The notes beneath the pieces are model-generated. The model did no database searches and was not told the origin of the DNA. It saw nothing but the letters and a program-made list of their open reading frames with translations. From Nemertoderma westbladi (lineage: Eukaryota; Animalia; Xenacoelomorpha), in assembly GCA_032718475.1 (NCBI GenBank), contig JAUCBJ010008521.1:1-52186 (forward strand): a DNA stretch of 52,186 nucleotides, read 5' to 3'. Below are positions 1 to 11,741 of this stretch, piece after piece. The position numbers were made by a program, and so were the translations under genes. Position 1 is the stretch's first letter, and every line of letters begins with the position of its first letter.

Positions 1-611
1 TTTATAAAATCATGCATAAAGAGGATATTGACAATTAAAGAATTACTATTAAATAACATCCCAGATCTGTATGCATGAGAATTACCCTAATTCTACCGCT
101 AGTTTTCCATAATGTCACCATGGCAACACCCACGCTAGAATTAGAAGCAAGTTAAATGAACAATAAAAAGCTTGCCCCATTGCGTAGCATAAGAGTATAC
201 ATAGCGCACTATTAGTATCCAAGGATACATAGTAATAACGTGACATTCTGGAAGACACTGACTAACGGACAAATGGCATGCATGTGTGCAGTAAGTAATG
301 ATTGTATGGAATTTGTGCGTTTATAGGTGAATGTTACTACTAAAGTGTGTTTACAGTAGCTAATCGCAATTGTAAAGTAGCCCTAACTCTACCGAGATAA
401 CCTCAAGTGGAATCAAGCCTTTGGGACGGACAGTGGTGGGACTTGTGTCGATTATCGTTGTCGTGCTGTTGCTACATGTTGGCGCAAACACCGCGACAAC
501 GGTACATCGGCGCTGAGAAACCCACTGTCCGGGGTCAAAGACTAGTAGGCAGCGACGCCCGCTTGCCTAAATATTGACTCATACTAATATTAATAAACTC
601 AGATAGCAGAT

Positions 612-2061
612 ATGACGGAATTAATAGAAGATGACCTTGGTATTAGAGAGCGATATACTCTACCTTTACAAGCGTTTGTGGATAGGTTGATACGCGGTGA
701 AGCCGATCCGACTATTACGGAGGACGATGGTCGTTATATCGAACCGCCGATGTCCCAAGAGCAACTTACGCGTGAATTGGACTATCGAAAATTAACCGCT
801 CGCTATACGCATCGTAATGGTACGTATATGGACTTTTTAACTACCGGCCATCCTATCGATTTACATGATACGGACGATGTAGACACCCTAAAGGGAAATG
901 GTTCTATTTAAATATCATACCCAGCGGAGTCGTAACGATAAACCGAGAATAGATCACGAAAATTCTATTCGTAACAGACTGGGAAGACGAACCAATATGC
1001 CTAGAATCTGAGGAGATTCAGCCTATCGCGCTCGGAACAGCGACAACGATTACATCCTAGAATGGTATCAAGGTCCACAGTGTCTCACTGCGTACGATTA
1101 TCGCCATGCCAACTATGTTTCTCGGCAACGTTGTCGGTTATGCGCATCGAGAGACCATGTTACGCCCATGGACACAAACGTCCGCTGTTCCTATTTCCAC
1201 GAACAACCGGCGATGGAAATTTATTGCGCGTATTGCAGATTTAATAATTTGCATATTTTTGCGGTTTGCCCTCAATTTATGACTCAATGTCACCATTGTC
1301 AACTAAAGGGACATGCCAGTTTCGATTGCCCTTTTAATCACGATTTGGAAAGCGTAGATGAAATGATCACACTACGTTACATCAGAGCTTGGGAAGCGAA
1401 CACTGATTTATATTGTGATTCGCGCCATCGCTATTATCCCGGACGCGCTTACGAGGGAGTTTATGCGTTACATCCTTATCTATTCGCTTCGGTTGAACAG
1501 AAATCACGCATATCAAGTTACGAGCTACTGGAGCGCGTCGGAGAATGTATTTCAACCAAATTCGTACGCAAATTTCTCAGGAGTGTTAATCCTAGCGACC
1601 TTCATTCCTATAACTTAATCAATTATATCCGTCAGGATCCGGACTATGGAGAATTGTTTGTTAACTCACACCCTGAGTTACAGGAAGTATATCGACGGCC
1701 TTACGAATACCGAGCCCGCGAACGCGAGTTGGAAAGAACCATTAAACCAAGGAAGTTTCTAACTGCCTATGGTCCACCCACGGCCCTCGTTCAGACCACT
1801 CGTAAAGGACCCGTAAGAGCGGCTGTCTTGAAACGAGCTCTCAAAGCCGTTAGACCCCTCTCCCCGGACGTTGATGTCAATCAACCCGGTACTTCAACCG
1901 GCGGATATACCGATCGCAATCCCATACCTTCTGATGCAATCATATTGCACCCTTCACCCAGGAGTTATAGCCCTCCTCGTAAAGTGGCTCGCCCCAAAGA
2001 GAAAAGGACTCTTGCTAGCTTTAAAAAACTGCGTAAACGCCGTCCGCGCAAGAAAGACTAA
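612..2061 (+). pseudogene. Family A accessory ORF: triple zinc-knuckle protein with basic C-terminal tail (about 480 aa reconstructed; 297-aa open part 1168-2061)
   Basis: The frame of 1168-2061 extends upstream through CRLCASRDH..C to an in-frame TGA at 1009-1011. It joins ORF 612-911 via a frameshift absent from the minus-strand copy. Motifs CAYCRFNNLHIFAVC and CHHCQLKGHASFDC; C-terminus KKLRKRRPRKK (NLS-like). Confidence 0.65.
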
Positions 2062-2139
2062 CTGTTTAGAGTATTTACGTATATTAGAAACTGTGATTTT
2101 TGTATATTTATAGACTCAAATCCCATTTTCTGGGAGCGG

Positions 2140-3369
2140 TGTAAAAGCTTCTGTGGGATATAACTGGCCCCTTTTGCTTCGCAATCCAGTTTCCCCCCAG
2201 GCGCTGGAATACTCTAAAAAGGTTCTCTAACTGTATATATATTCCCCTCGCCCGCAAGGTACCGTTACAGGTGTTTTAACGGACATAAAAGTCATTCTGC
2301 TATATACGTGTTTTAGCGGACATGGTAAGGCAAAAAACCTGCAATGCACCAAATACCTTTCACAGCTTAGCCGTGATGATTCATATTACGACATCTAACA
2401 GCTGGTTGCTGACGTGGAAACAGCCATTGGATGCATGGTTCTTTGTTTGGCTTGAGCCAATCAGAGCGTTTTTTCCTGTCGACGTGTAGCTTTTCGGCCG
2501 ATCATAAGGAGAGTGTTCAGTCTTACTGTTTTTACTTGATACTTTGTTGTTATTGCTGTCTAAGCCAGAAACACCGGCTCTAAGAACTCTAGTAAAACTG
2601 CTTAGATTATAGAAAGTATAACTGTTACCGGCGGTGTTACCTCACTTAATTTAACTGCACTAATCATATTGTTTGTACTGCTATTTACCGTCAGTTATTA
2701 ATTGTATCTATTTGTTGATGGAAATATTGCTCTTTGGAGAATACGGATAAATCACCCAAAATTCCCAATTTTCTTGATACACTACAGGTTAGAGAGGCGG
2801 GCTATATATAACAATTGCGATTTATATCAATGTGGTGTGTATTGAATCTAATGTTATTTAGTAGACACTACCTGAGTCAATTGCTGTTCTCTTCATGTGT
2901 GATCAAATATACTGACGGTCGGCAGAATAGTGTGCATGATTGTGAGTGTGATGTGACTGGTAACAAAGCATTTCCTAAAGAATGCGACTTATACTTTAAT
3001 CATAAGCCTTATCGTTGCGTTTAGTATAAGTCCTAGCTCTGTTTAAATAGATAGAGCGCCACGTCCTAAAGGAACTGTTAATATTTCCCGAAAGTTAATA
3101 ATATCTGTCAGAAATTAATTATTAGTGATCTATCGAATAATACAATAGGTTTACACTGCAACCTTACACTGCAATAATAAAATCTAAGCATCCGAATTCA
3201 GCCTCCCGGGTGTAGATCCATCGGGTGAATGATCGCGCATGGGCTGGCTTCGGCTAATGTTTTGTTTATTAGCATAAAATATTGTCGTATGCTAAAGGTG
3301 TGTTAATTAACTAAAAGACATATAAATTTTGGCAGGTTAAACTGCTAAAGGTCTTCAAAAGCGCGAACA
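2140..3369 (+). repeat. LTR of family A (about 1.23 kb)
   Basis: Starts TGTAAAAGC and ends GCGCGAACA; the same boundaries occur in copies at 41209-42344, 49118-47859 and 51422 onward. The CCAAT motif (AGCCAATCAGAGC) is conserved between copies. Confidence 0.85.
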
Positions 3370-3371
3370 AA

Positions 3372-4927
3372 CCCTATTAGTACCGGGCTATAAAATGTTG
3401 TACAAATACCGGGGGGGGGGGTCATATTGACCCCCCCCCCTCTAAAATCTACAAATATTTACGAAAACGTCTGATTTTTTGTTTGTACGTAGGTATCACT
3501 TGTCTGGATCTGACCGAAAAAAAAAATTTCGAAAAAATGTACTGGGGTGGTTATATAGCAGCACCAAAATTACAAGTAGTGCAAAATTTTCACAAAATTT
3601 GAAAGTTACATTTTCGGCTAATTATTTTTCAATACAGGTTTTCTGGGGTGTAAAATACATTGGAAAATATTTAAAAATGATATGATTACTATAAATGGCT
3701 GTTTAGTCCTCTCTGCGTAGGAAAAAAATGAAAAAAACAAGTAACCAGCACTTTTTAGTTAGAACACAAAATTTTTAATTCACTTATACGATGCTATAAA
3801 TTCGTATTTTCAGGTTTTCGAGGGCGCTGATTCTAATGGAATACATTTCAAATATGCCAGAACATTGCTACTTTTATTTTTCGGCGTAATTTGGCAAATT
3901 TTGGTGCTAGCACCAAACTTCGTACCCATCACCAAAAAGTACAAGTTTGCGATGTCCAGTGCTGTTTTTATTGATTCCATCGGATTCAGGACCCTCATAA
4001 ACCCGTATAACGCAAGAAACAAGGTGATACTATCTACTGATCAATTTGCTTATTTTCCAAAATTTGGTGCTGGCACAACAATTTTCAGTCACCGGCGAAA
4101 AATACAAGTTTGAGAACACTTATGAAATTTTTACTGATTCCATTGAATTCAGAACCATCACAAACCCGTATAACGCAAGAAACAGGTGACACAATCAATT
4201 GATATATTTGATGGTTTTCAAAATTTGGTGCTAGCACCACATTTTGCACCCATATCCGAAAAATACAAGTTTGAGATGTCTAGTTCGATAATTATATATT
4301 CCATTGAATTCAGAACAGCCATAAACCTCTAAAACGCAAGAAATAAATTATCATAAGCAATTTTATCTATTGAATGGATTTTCAAAATTTCGTGCTAGCA
4401 CCAAAATTTGCACACAGCACCGAAAAATACAAGTTTGATACACTTGGTGCAACTCGTATATATTTCATCGAATCCAGAACCCAAAAAAAACCCCAATTGC
4501 GTAAAAAACAAGTTTCAAACAATCAATTTACAAAATTGACATATTTCAAAATTTGGTGCTGGCACCAAAATTTGGCACCACCGAAAAAAACAAGTTTGAA
4601 ATTTCTAAATCAATTTATATGAATTCCATCCAATTTCTAACACTAAAAAACCGGTGTAAATCAAAAATAGAGATGTTACAATTCATATTTAATGAAATGT
4701 AATTTTCAAAAAACGTCTCAAAAAAAGTGCCAAAAGTAGGGTTAAAAAATGGTGCTATAACTCGAAAAGTACCCAATATTTTTGAAAACGGTTTTCACTA
4801 CTAGGAAGACAATAGATTTTTAGGAAAAGTCATAAAATTTCAGATTCCCAACTGCGTTTGTTTCAGAATTATAATAAAAAAACCACGGGGGGGGTCATAT
4901 TGACCCCCCCCCCCGGGTTTAATAGGG
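3372..4927. mobile_element. Non-autonomous piggyBac-like (TTAA) DNA transposon / MITE
   Basis: TIRs CCCTATTAGTACCGGG and (reverse complement) CCCTATTAAACCCGGG. TTAA at 4928-4931; only AA remains on the left where LTR A abuts. Subterminal G-run-TCATATTGA-C-run palindromes at both ends; no transposase ORF. Confidence 0.75.
3890..4650. repeat. About 163-bp diverged tandem repeat (about 5 units) inside the MITE
   Basis: Recurrent palindrome TTTGGTGCT(A/G)GCACCA and AAATACAAGTTTG near 3900, 4063, 4224, 4390 and 4552. Confidence 0.7.
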
Positions 4928-4931
4928 TTAA

Positions 4932-6480
4932 GGTGGCCTTCAAAGGTCTGGTAGACCACCCGGGGCTGAAGGGCGAGTCGGTGTACTCAATAGCCGGCAC
5001 CTAGTAGACAGAGAGGTGGACACACCATACAAGAGGTGGGAGAAGTTGGAAGTGGATAGAGTCGAGGAGAAGAGGCTGGAAGAAATCGCCAGGCGAGAAA
5101 GGAGGGAATCAGACGAGGGAGAGGCGGATATAAGGGGAGAGGAGTACGGGTTCGAAGCCCAGGACTTGGACGAGCTAAGGTGGGGATCAGGGAGCTCGGG
5201 CGAGTTTCTGGGGGAGGAACTGGGATGCACGGAGGGATCGCCGAAACAGTCGACATCGGGATTGCAAATGATGCCCATACCAGGGGGCTCTGAGGGCGAT
5301 TTCGCAAGGAAGTGACCAAGGGAGCAGGAAAGGTGGAAAGTTACGGGTGGAAGCCAAGGCGGAAAGGGGCACAGTGTATCTACCGGGATACCAGGTCTGG
5401 ATCCACTCCCAGCGAGGGCGGAAGATGACGACGAGTTCGGGGAGATGCCACCCATCGAGAGGATCGGCCACTCAGATACGGACTGGGTGGGCGGGAGAGT
5501 GGTGATGGCCAGTGGGGCGAGGGCCTTCTGGGATAAACCTGGCAAGCGGACCTGGGTGCAACGAGGAGCCGGCGATGGATTTCGCGGGGAGCACCATCAG
5601 GTTGGGCGTGCAGCTGGGAACAGCACCACGGGTAGTGTTTGGGGAGACGATGCCGAGGCGGGAGGAGGACGTGGATATGGGTAGAGACCTTAATGTCCAG
5701 AAGTTTGCCTACCAACGGCTCTACAGATCTAGGAGACCGCTCGGGGCAAAAGATGACTTGGGGCGGGATGCGTTGATACATGGCTGTGACTACTGCGGGA
5801 TGCTAAATCACCAGGAAAAGAGCTGTTTGTATCGATTTCAGAAGGGGACGAGCTGCCTCTACTGCCGCGAGTCGACCCATAGAATGGGAGCATGTCCGAG
5901 GCTGCACAACCGCTGCTCAATGTGTAACTTCCGAGGGCACAATGGGCGGCAGTGCGATTGGATGGACGATGAAGAGAAGTTTAAGATCTTCGAGGAGTGG
6001 GCCGACATTGGCGTTATGACGCGGCAGAGGATGAAGGCCCAGGAGTTCCGGTGGGGTTTCTTCAACATCAATCCAGAAGCCCATCAGGAGATTATCAAGA
6101 GGAGACTGCCATTCACATACCAGGAGGTAGCGACAGCGGCATCGTTTGGAGGAGTCATCAACACGCAGAGTTACTTGGATAGATGGACGCCAGAAAACAG
6201 GGGCGAGTTCAGGGATTTTCTGGCGGAGCGCGTGCCGCAAACGATGAAAATGATCTTGTGGGACACTACCAGGGGGAAGCAGGAAGGGCACTCGGAAGGG
6301 TCCCCGAGAAAAGAACTCCACCCCACACCCGATATTAGATTGGATTCCAGCGGAATTGAAGCGCACTTAAGGTTGATGCTATCTTCTCACCGGGAAGATA
6401 GCATGGGGGGGAGTGTAAGCGGATTCAATTCCACTGCATTACCACCCGAAAATGGGACCAGTGGCATTTTTCCAATATAG
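4932..6480 (+). pseudogene. Frameshifted acidic + triple CCHC zinc-knuckle ORF (C-terminal part of the exonuclease-knuckle protein)
   Basis: ORF pieces 5016-5315, 5445-5684 and 5512-6480 match 38252-39684. Knuckles CDYCGMLNHQEKSC, CLYCRESTHRMGAC, CSMCNFRGHNGRQC. Confidence 0.7.
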
Positions 6481-7059
6481 TTGGGGATACGAGATTACCA
6501 ATATTAATCTCGCCTCATAACCAACTTTGGGGGGGGGGGGGGCGACACAAGCCCTAAAGCCACAGAGAGAGGTGAGAGGTTAAACCACCTCGGAGGGAGA
6601 ACACAGCTAGTAGAGGCTAGCAGCGGGGGAAAACACTCACAGGGAGTGACAATTAGTGTATTAGCCAATAGCGGGGAGGGAAGCACGTGATTAGAGATAG
6701 GAAAGCATCCACTGGGTACAGAGGGCCAAGTACAGTAAGAGGTGATTCTAATATCTGTGTATATCAATCATATATTATTCTGCATTACTGATTTACCGGT
6801 CAATTCATTAGTTATACAGTTGCAGACCGGTCATAGTTTATGAACGTCACCGCCACTGACATCACCAATTAATCTGTGCATTTCTGCTGTTATATCTGTG
6901 TTATCGTGATACCCATTACGTACTGATTGTGCTATTATCGTTCGGAGTATTAATATTGAGAAACAGAAACTCTTCGGCCAAAGCGACTTAGTACAACTGC
7001 CCAGCAGAACGGTGACGCGTACAAATCTAACCCGGTCGGGATCTTAGGATCCCGTCACA
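6414..7059 (+). repeat. 3' LTR of family B'
   Basis: TG...CA ends; homologous to LTRs 29486-30062 and 40366-40944; preceded by a GGGGGGGAG PPT. Confidence 0.8.
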
Positions 7060-7194
7060 ATAATAATTTTATATGTTTGTCACAAAGGCCTGAAATGGTT
7101 GTAATTCCCTGCATAGACTACTATGAGCACGACTGAGTTTGATATTTTTTACTTAGTTGGTTGATTATTAATTAGTTTATTACTTTTTTTCGCT

Positions 7195-8060
7195 TTAACA
7201 CTATTAGGTCCTATTTTTACTACTTAATGCACCCAATGTCGGGGCTCATTTTAGACAGTTTTAGTTTTATTCATATCTTGGCTGAAAAATTATGAAATTA
7301 TAGGAAAATGTATGTATGCCTCATTAATATGGCGAGTTTAATAGTCGTAATTTTGTAATTTTGTAATTCTTGAAGCGAAACCAAACAGATAGCGGATGTG
7401 TGTGAGTTTTCGTCAATTTAAATGTTCTGTATAATACTTTTATATGAAAATTGAAATATTTTCGATGTTATTGGTTTTCCAGGAGGCTGATCAACACCCA
7501 ACTTGTTAAAAATATTTATGGTAGTGCAACCATCGGTGCCAATCTTGTGGGACGAAAATTACAAGTAACGCAAAATTTCAAACTGATATAGGTGCAATTT
7601 GGTTGGATAATTTTGAAGCAATACGGGTTTTCGAGGTCACTGATCACGATAGAACTTTTATGGTCGGGCAACTATCAAATTTAGTATCATTTTTTGCTAT
7701 TTTTCATGCTACATTGGTTTGGTACATATTTGAAAATACCACAATCAATAAGAAATTATATTTTTCAGTGTCACATCTGTGTTCCGCATCCCGAAAAACC
7801 CATAAGGTCATGATAGAATCAGGTTGATTTGGTGAATATTTTTGATTATCAAATTTTCACTAGTTGTTTTATCCGTGCCTCGTGGCGCATACCAAATTAC
7901 CAGAAATTCCCTCGTATGTTACATTTGAGTTCCATAATCATGATCAGCATCCAAAAAACCAATACACCGCAAATTTGTTTATTTTAAGGGGACAAAATAT
8001 TTTTTGAAAATATGAAAAATTTTGGGGATGGTTGTTAGAATGGGAGCACAGCACGAAACC
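7195..8060. mobile_element. Old fragment of a non-autonomous DNA transposon, possibly related to the TTAA MITE
   Basis: TTAACACTATTAG resembles the MITE terminus; GGTTTTCGAGG..CTGAT motif shared with 3811-3832. No second terminus found. Confidence 0.3.
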
Positions 8061-9486
8061 AACTTGGCTATTTAATTGCCGTTTGCGTTGTGGATATCCA
8101 AGATATTACTGATAAATTTCTAAAGTGACCTCCGGGTCCAGATAACGGTGTTGCAATCGTCAAAATATGATGTTTAAATGTAGTATGTTTGTTGATATTT
8201 TTTGTTAGTTGTTCTGCTTTAACGTTGTTGTAAATAAAAATTCGTAGTAATGGTGGTTATTTCTATTAATCTGTATGAGGGTGAGGGTGAGGGGGGGGGG
8301 GTTGTTATTGACACTATTATTCTGTAGGCCGGCGGTACTTTGAAGATAAATATATACGAGGACACTTAGGGGTGGGAGATTCTTCATTCCACGGTTTAAC
8401 CCTGTCGCTAGATCCAATTAATTATAAACTTAAAAGTTACTTATTAAGGGGTATTGTAAACTTACTAAGTACTTATTGAGCTAAATTTAAACTTAAAACA
8501 TACTTAATAAGTACCTAATTAACTTTAAACACACTTTTAAGCAAATACATAAATTATGACAAACTTATTAAGCACCTTCTAAGTCGTCCGAATATCTTGG
8601 CAAGTTCTTACCAAGTACTTGTTAGGAAGTTTTTATATATACTTTAAAAGCACTTATTAAATCTATTAAATATCCTGACCTGGGGTACTAAAGCTCACAC
8701 TCTGGGTGATTTATAAAACCCAATACCTGGAGCACCTGCGTGTAAATTAAAAAAAAATATGTAGAACTCGGACAAAATGAAAGAACTTTTTTTATTAGGT
8801 AAAGCTAAGCTGAGACGGCCATCTCGATCAAATAAACATAACAGAAAATCTAACGTCGTGGAAGAATCCTTTCAGAAAATAATACAATTGTCATATTTTT
8901 TTCATTATTTACAATATTTTATATATTATATATAATAAGATTCGATTTTCACCAAGAATTGCATATTATACACTACCAACTCAGATTTGGTTATTTAAAA
9001 TAGGTATACACAGTAAAATGTTATGCAATAAAAAATACAATAATGTAGGTAGAATAGGCCATACTATATATTAAAAATATATAATGCAATAAAGCAGACA
9101 AATAAATTAGTTAGGCTAAATATTTTCGAGAAATATTTGAGAAAATAAAAATGAATTATTAGTTGAAAATTTCACAAAATATAAATAATTTTTGTCGAAT
9201 TAATAATAATTATTTAAATCTTGGAATTAGTTTTAATTAAAATACAGATAAGAATTGCAGATAAAACATGTGCAGTTTAAAATGAAGTAGCTACAGCTAC
9301 AAGTCCAGCAGAAACGAAGTAGGGTTAAATAAAATACGGTTAACAATGGCTATTAACTATAGCAGTATAGGTCTAGTCTAGTTAAAACACGCCGTTACAA
9401 CACCGACAGAGTTATTAATAGCAGTTCATTGAATAAAATATTTACTTTTGAGTCGACAACTCAATTTAAAGGTCAAGAAAACCAGT

Positions 9487-9715
9487 TTAGAAGAATTCAT
9501 CTGAATCTTGTTTTCCAACGGCGCAACTTTTCTCCACCACTCTACCGTGGAGTTTCTGTAAGGGGCGGATGTTTCCACTAATCGGGTGACGATCGATTCC
9601 TGACGTCAGAGCTCTCAAGTCGGCTAGTTGATTGCTGCTGATGTGTCGAGGTTGGGCGAACACGGTCCAAACAACTACCTCGTTAAACCCAGGGGTCGTA
9701 AGAGAACCGTTGTAC
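9487..9715 (-). CDS. Alpha-carbonic anhydrase, exon 4 (last coding exon)
   Basis: Acceptor TTCCTATAG, phase 2. Translates (R)YNGSLTTPGFNEVVVWTVFAQPRHISSNQLADLRALTSGIDRHPISGNIRPLQKLHGRVVEKSCAVGKQDSDEFF*, with the alpha-CA motifs GSLTTP..NE.V.W and N.RP.Q.L.GR.V. Confidence 0.92.
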
Positions 9716-10156
9716 CTATAGGAAGATAAGATAAGATGTGAACTATTGTAATTGTAAGAAGGGAGAGATAGTCAAAGGAACCGTTGAACCTATACGAATA
9801 AGAGAAGATGTGAACTATTGTAACTGTAAGAAGGGAGAGATAGTCAAAGGTACCATTGTACCTATAGGAATAAGAGAAGATGTGAACTATTGTAACTGTA
9901 AGAAGGGAGAGATAGTCAAAGGAACCGTTGTACCTATAGGAATAAGAGAAGATGTGAACTATTGTAATTGTAAGAAGGGAGAGATAGTCAAAGGAACCAA
10001 CCATTGTACCTATAGGAATAAGAGAAGATGTGAACTATTGTAACTGTAAGAAGGGAGAGATAGTCAAAGGAACCAACCATTGTACCTATAGGAATAATAG
10101 AATATGTGAACTATTGTAACTGTAAGAAGGGAGAGATAGTCAAAGGAACCGTTGTA
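9705..10156. repeat. 72-bp tandem repeat, left block (about 6 units), in CA intron 3
   Basis: Unit AAGGAACCGTTGTACCTATAGGAATAAGAGAAGATGTGAACTATTGTAA(C/T)TGTAAGAAGGGAGAGATAGTCA; the block overlaps the exon 4 boundary. Confidence 0.97.
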
Positions 10157-11741
10157 CTACTAGGATCGGCATGCTGCATTGCAGCTGCATTTTTAAGAAT
10201 GCTGTGCCGGCTTATCGACAAAATTGCACCGCCACAACTCCCTATCACCCATGACATTTGCTAGATCATCCGCATCTTCAAGGCCAGTGTCCTTTAAGAT
10301 GCGTCTCAGGAAAGTCATGGGCTGTCCACCATGCTTATTCACTCCATGAGGCTGCCAGAGTACAAGATTATGCACTGGCTGGCTCTCATGGCGAAAGCAA
10401 TGTCCTGCAAAGCGGAGGCGATTTTTTTCTAGTGTCAAGCTTGGGGGAACCAATGGGACACCTTCAATGTTATATAGTGTCTGGTTGGACATGTGTGCAT
10501 TGTACTTGACACAATGAAACCGGCGTAGCGCATTCTTGTGAATGTGCCATCCAGAGATTTGGTGTCCTCAGCAGTTAGAGCCCGGCATGGACTCCCATAG
10601 AGGAGTACTGGAACTACTGCTGCTCTAAATAATCGGACCTTAAGTTTCCGATTAATTCTCAGTGACTTCCAAATCCTGGAAAGCCTATTCAAGGCTGCCC
10701 ATGCCTTTCCCTTACGTATTCGAAGGTCCTCACCTGACTTCCTGATCCATGATCCCAGGTAACAGAAGTCATCCACATGCTCAAGCATACCATCTTTTGA
10801 GCTTATGCTCATCCGATCAGAGACTTCCTGAGGACTTTCACAGTTAACTGTCAAAATTTTGGCCTTTCTGGAGTTAATAAAAAGACCAACACTAGAAGCA
10901 GCATGTTCTAATGAGCTGAGGAGCCGTTGGACTCCCTCTAGTGATTCTGAGAGTACTCATAAGTCATCAGCAAAGTCTAGATCAGTTAGGTACTTGGCAG
11001 GATTTCCTCGACTTCTGGAGCCAGTAGGTGGAGTTATCATCACCCCATCATCATTATGATGATCTAAGGACATGCGTAGAACATAATCAACAACAATTAT
11101 GAACAAGAATGGTGCAAGTGTGTCTCCCTGGAGGACGCTCCATAACACTTCAAATGGTTCTGTGTCACCGTCAACAGTAGACACAAATGTTGTCGAACCA
11201 TCGTATACTGATCTGATTGCTGCAATAATTTCATTAGGAATCCCATATAATGAAAGTATGCTGAACATACGTGAGCGAGAGACTGAATCAAAGGCCTTGA
11301 AGAAGTCAACAAAGATAACAGCCAGATGCCTCAGACACTTTTACTTCTATAAAGTTATCATGCAATACCCTGTCATTATTGAGGAGCTTTTCAAAGTGGG
11401 CCTTCCAACCGTTGAGGCGATCGGCTAGTGATTCAGCCTTAACCTTGGTGGTTGGTTGGCTTTTTCGACCAGCAAGCAAGTTGATCGATCTCCATGCCTG
11501 GGATGATTGCCTGCTGTCGTCAGTATCATTGATGACATCAAACTGTTGGTTTATTAGCTCCTGTAAATTAACAGAGTACTGCCTGTTCAGCGACCTAGAT
11601 GCAGCCTTAACTGCATTCTTGGCCGCTGTAGTCTGTTTCTGCGCCTTGTTGAGGTCATTTCGGCACTTCTGAATGTTGCTGTCAGTCCAGGGGGCCCGTT
11701 TCCTGTTTCGAGGGTATACAGGAACTGTTTCTGCAGCTGCT
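10157..11741 (-). mobile_element. 5'-truncated, decayed RTE-clade non-LTR retrotransposon (RT remnant) inserted in the satellite
   Basis: RT motifs VLQGDTLAPFLFIIVVDYVL, DFADD, FCYLGS and RLRFAGHC in broken frames. Short TAG tail. TSD AACCGTTGTA at 10147-10156 and 11742-11751. Confidence 0.9.

Larger units (their letters stand above)
1..3369 (+). mobile_element. LTR retrotransposon family A, 3' portion (internal accessory ORF + 3' LTR); runs off the window start
   Basis: The whole segment recurs as a close inverted copy at about 47859-51255. It ends in a TG...CA-bounded repeat also seen at 41209 and 51422. A short purine tract GGGAGCGG lies just before the LTR. No gag/pol is visible, so the superfamily is unassigned. 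Confidence 0.8.
4932..7059 (+). mobile_element. LTR retrotransposon family B' (diverged relative of 29486-40944): 3' accessory ORF, PPT and 3' LTR; left end cut by the MITE
   Basis: 4932-6305 aligns with about 38107-39485, and 6306-6413 with about 40250-40365. G-rich PPT followed by LTR TGTAAGCG...CCCGTCACA. Confidence 0.8.

Noticed and set aside
4940-6366. Minus-strand ORFs over family B/B' coding regions (also 30468-31274, 38498-39373)
   Set aside because: Antisense shadows of GC/purine-rich coding sequence with no motifs.
8390-8690. AT-rich AAGTACTT/CTTAATAAG palindromic patch as a MITE
   Set aside because: Could not identify matching TIRs or a TSD.
9480-9560. hAT dimerisation-like VEWWRK peptide
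   Set aside because: Alternative frame of CA exon 4, which explains the region much better.
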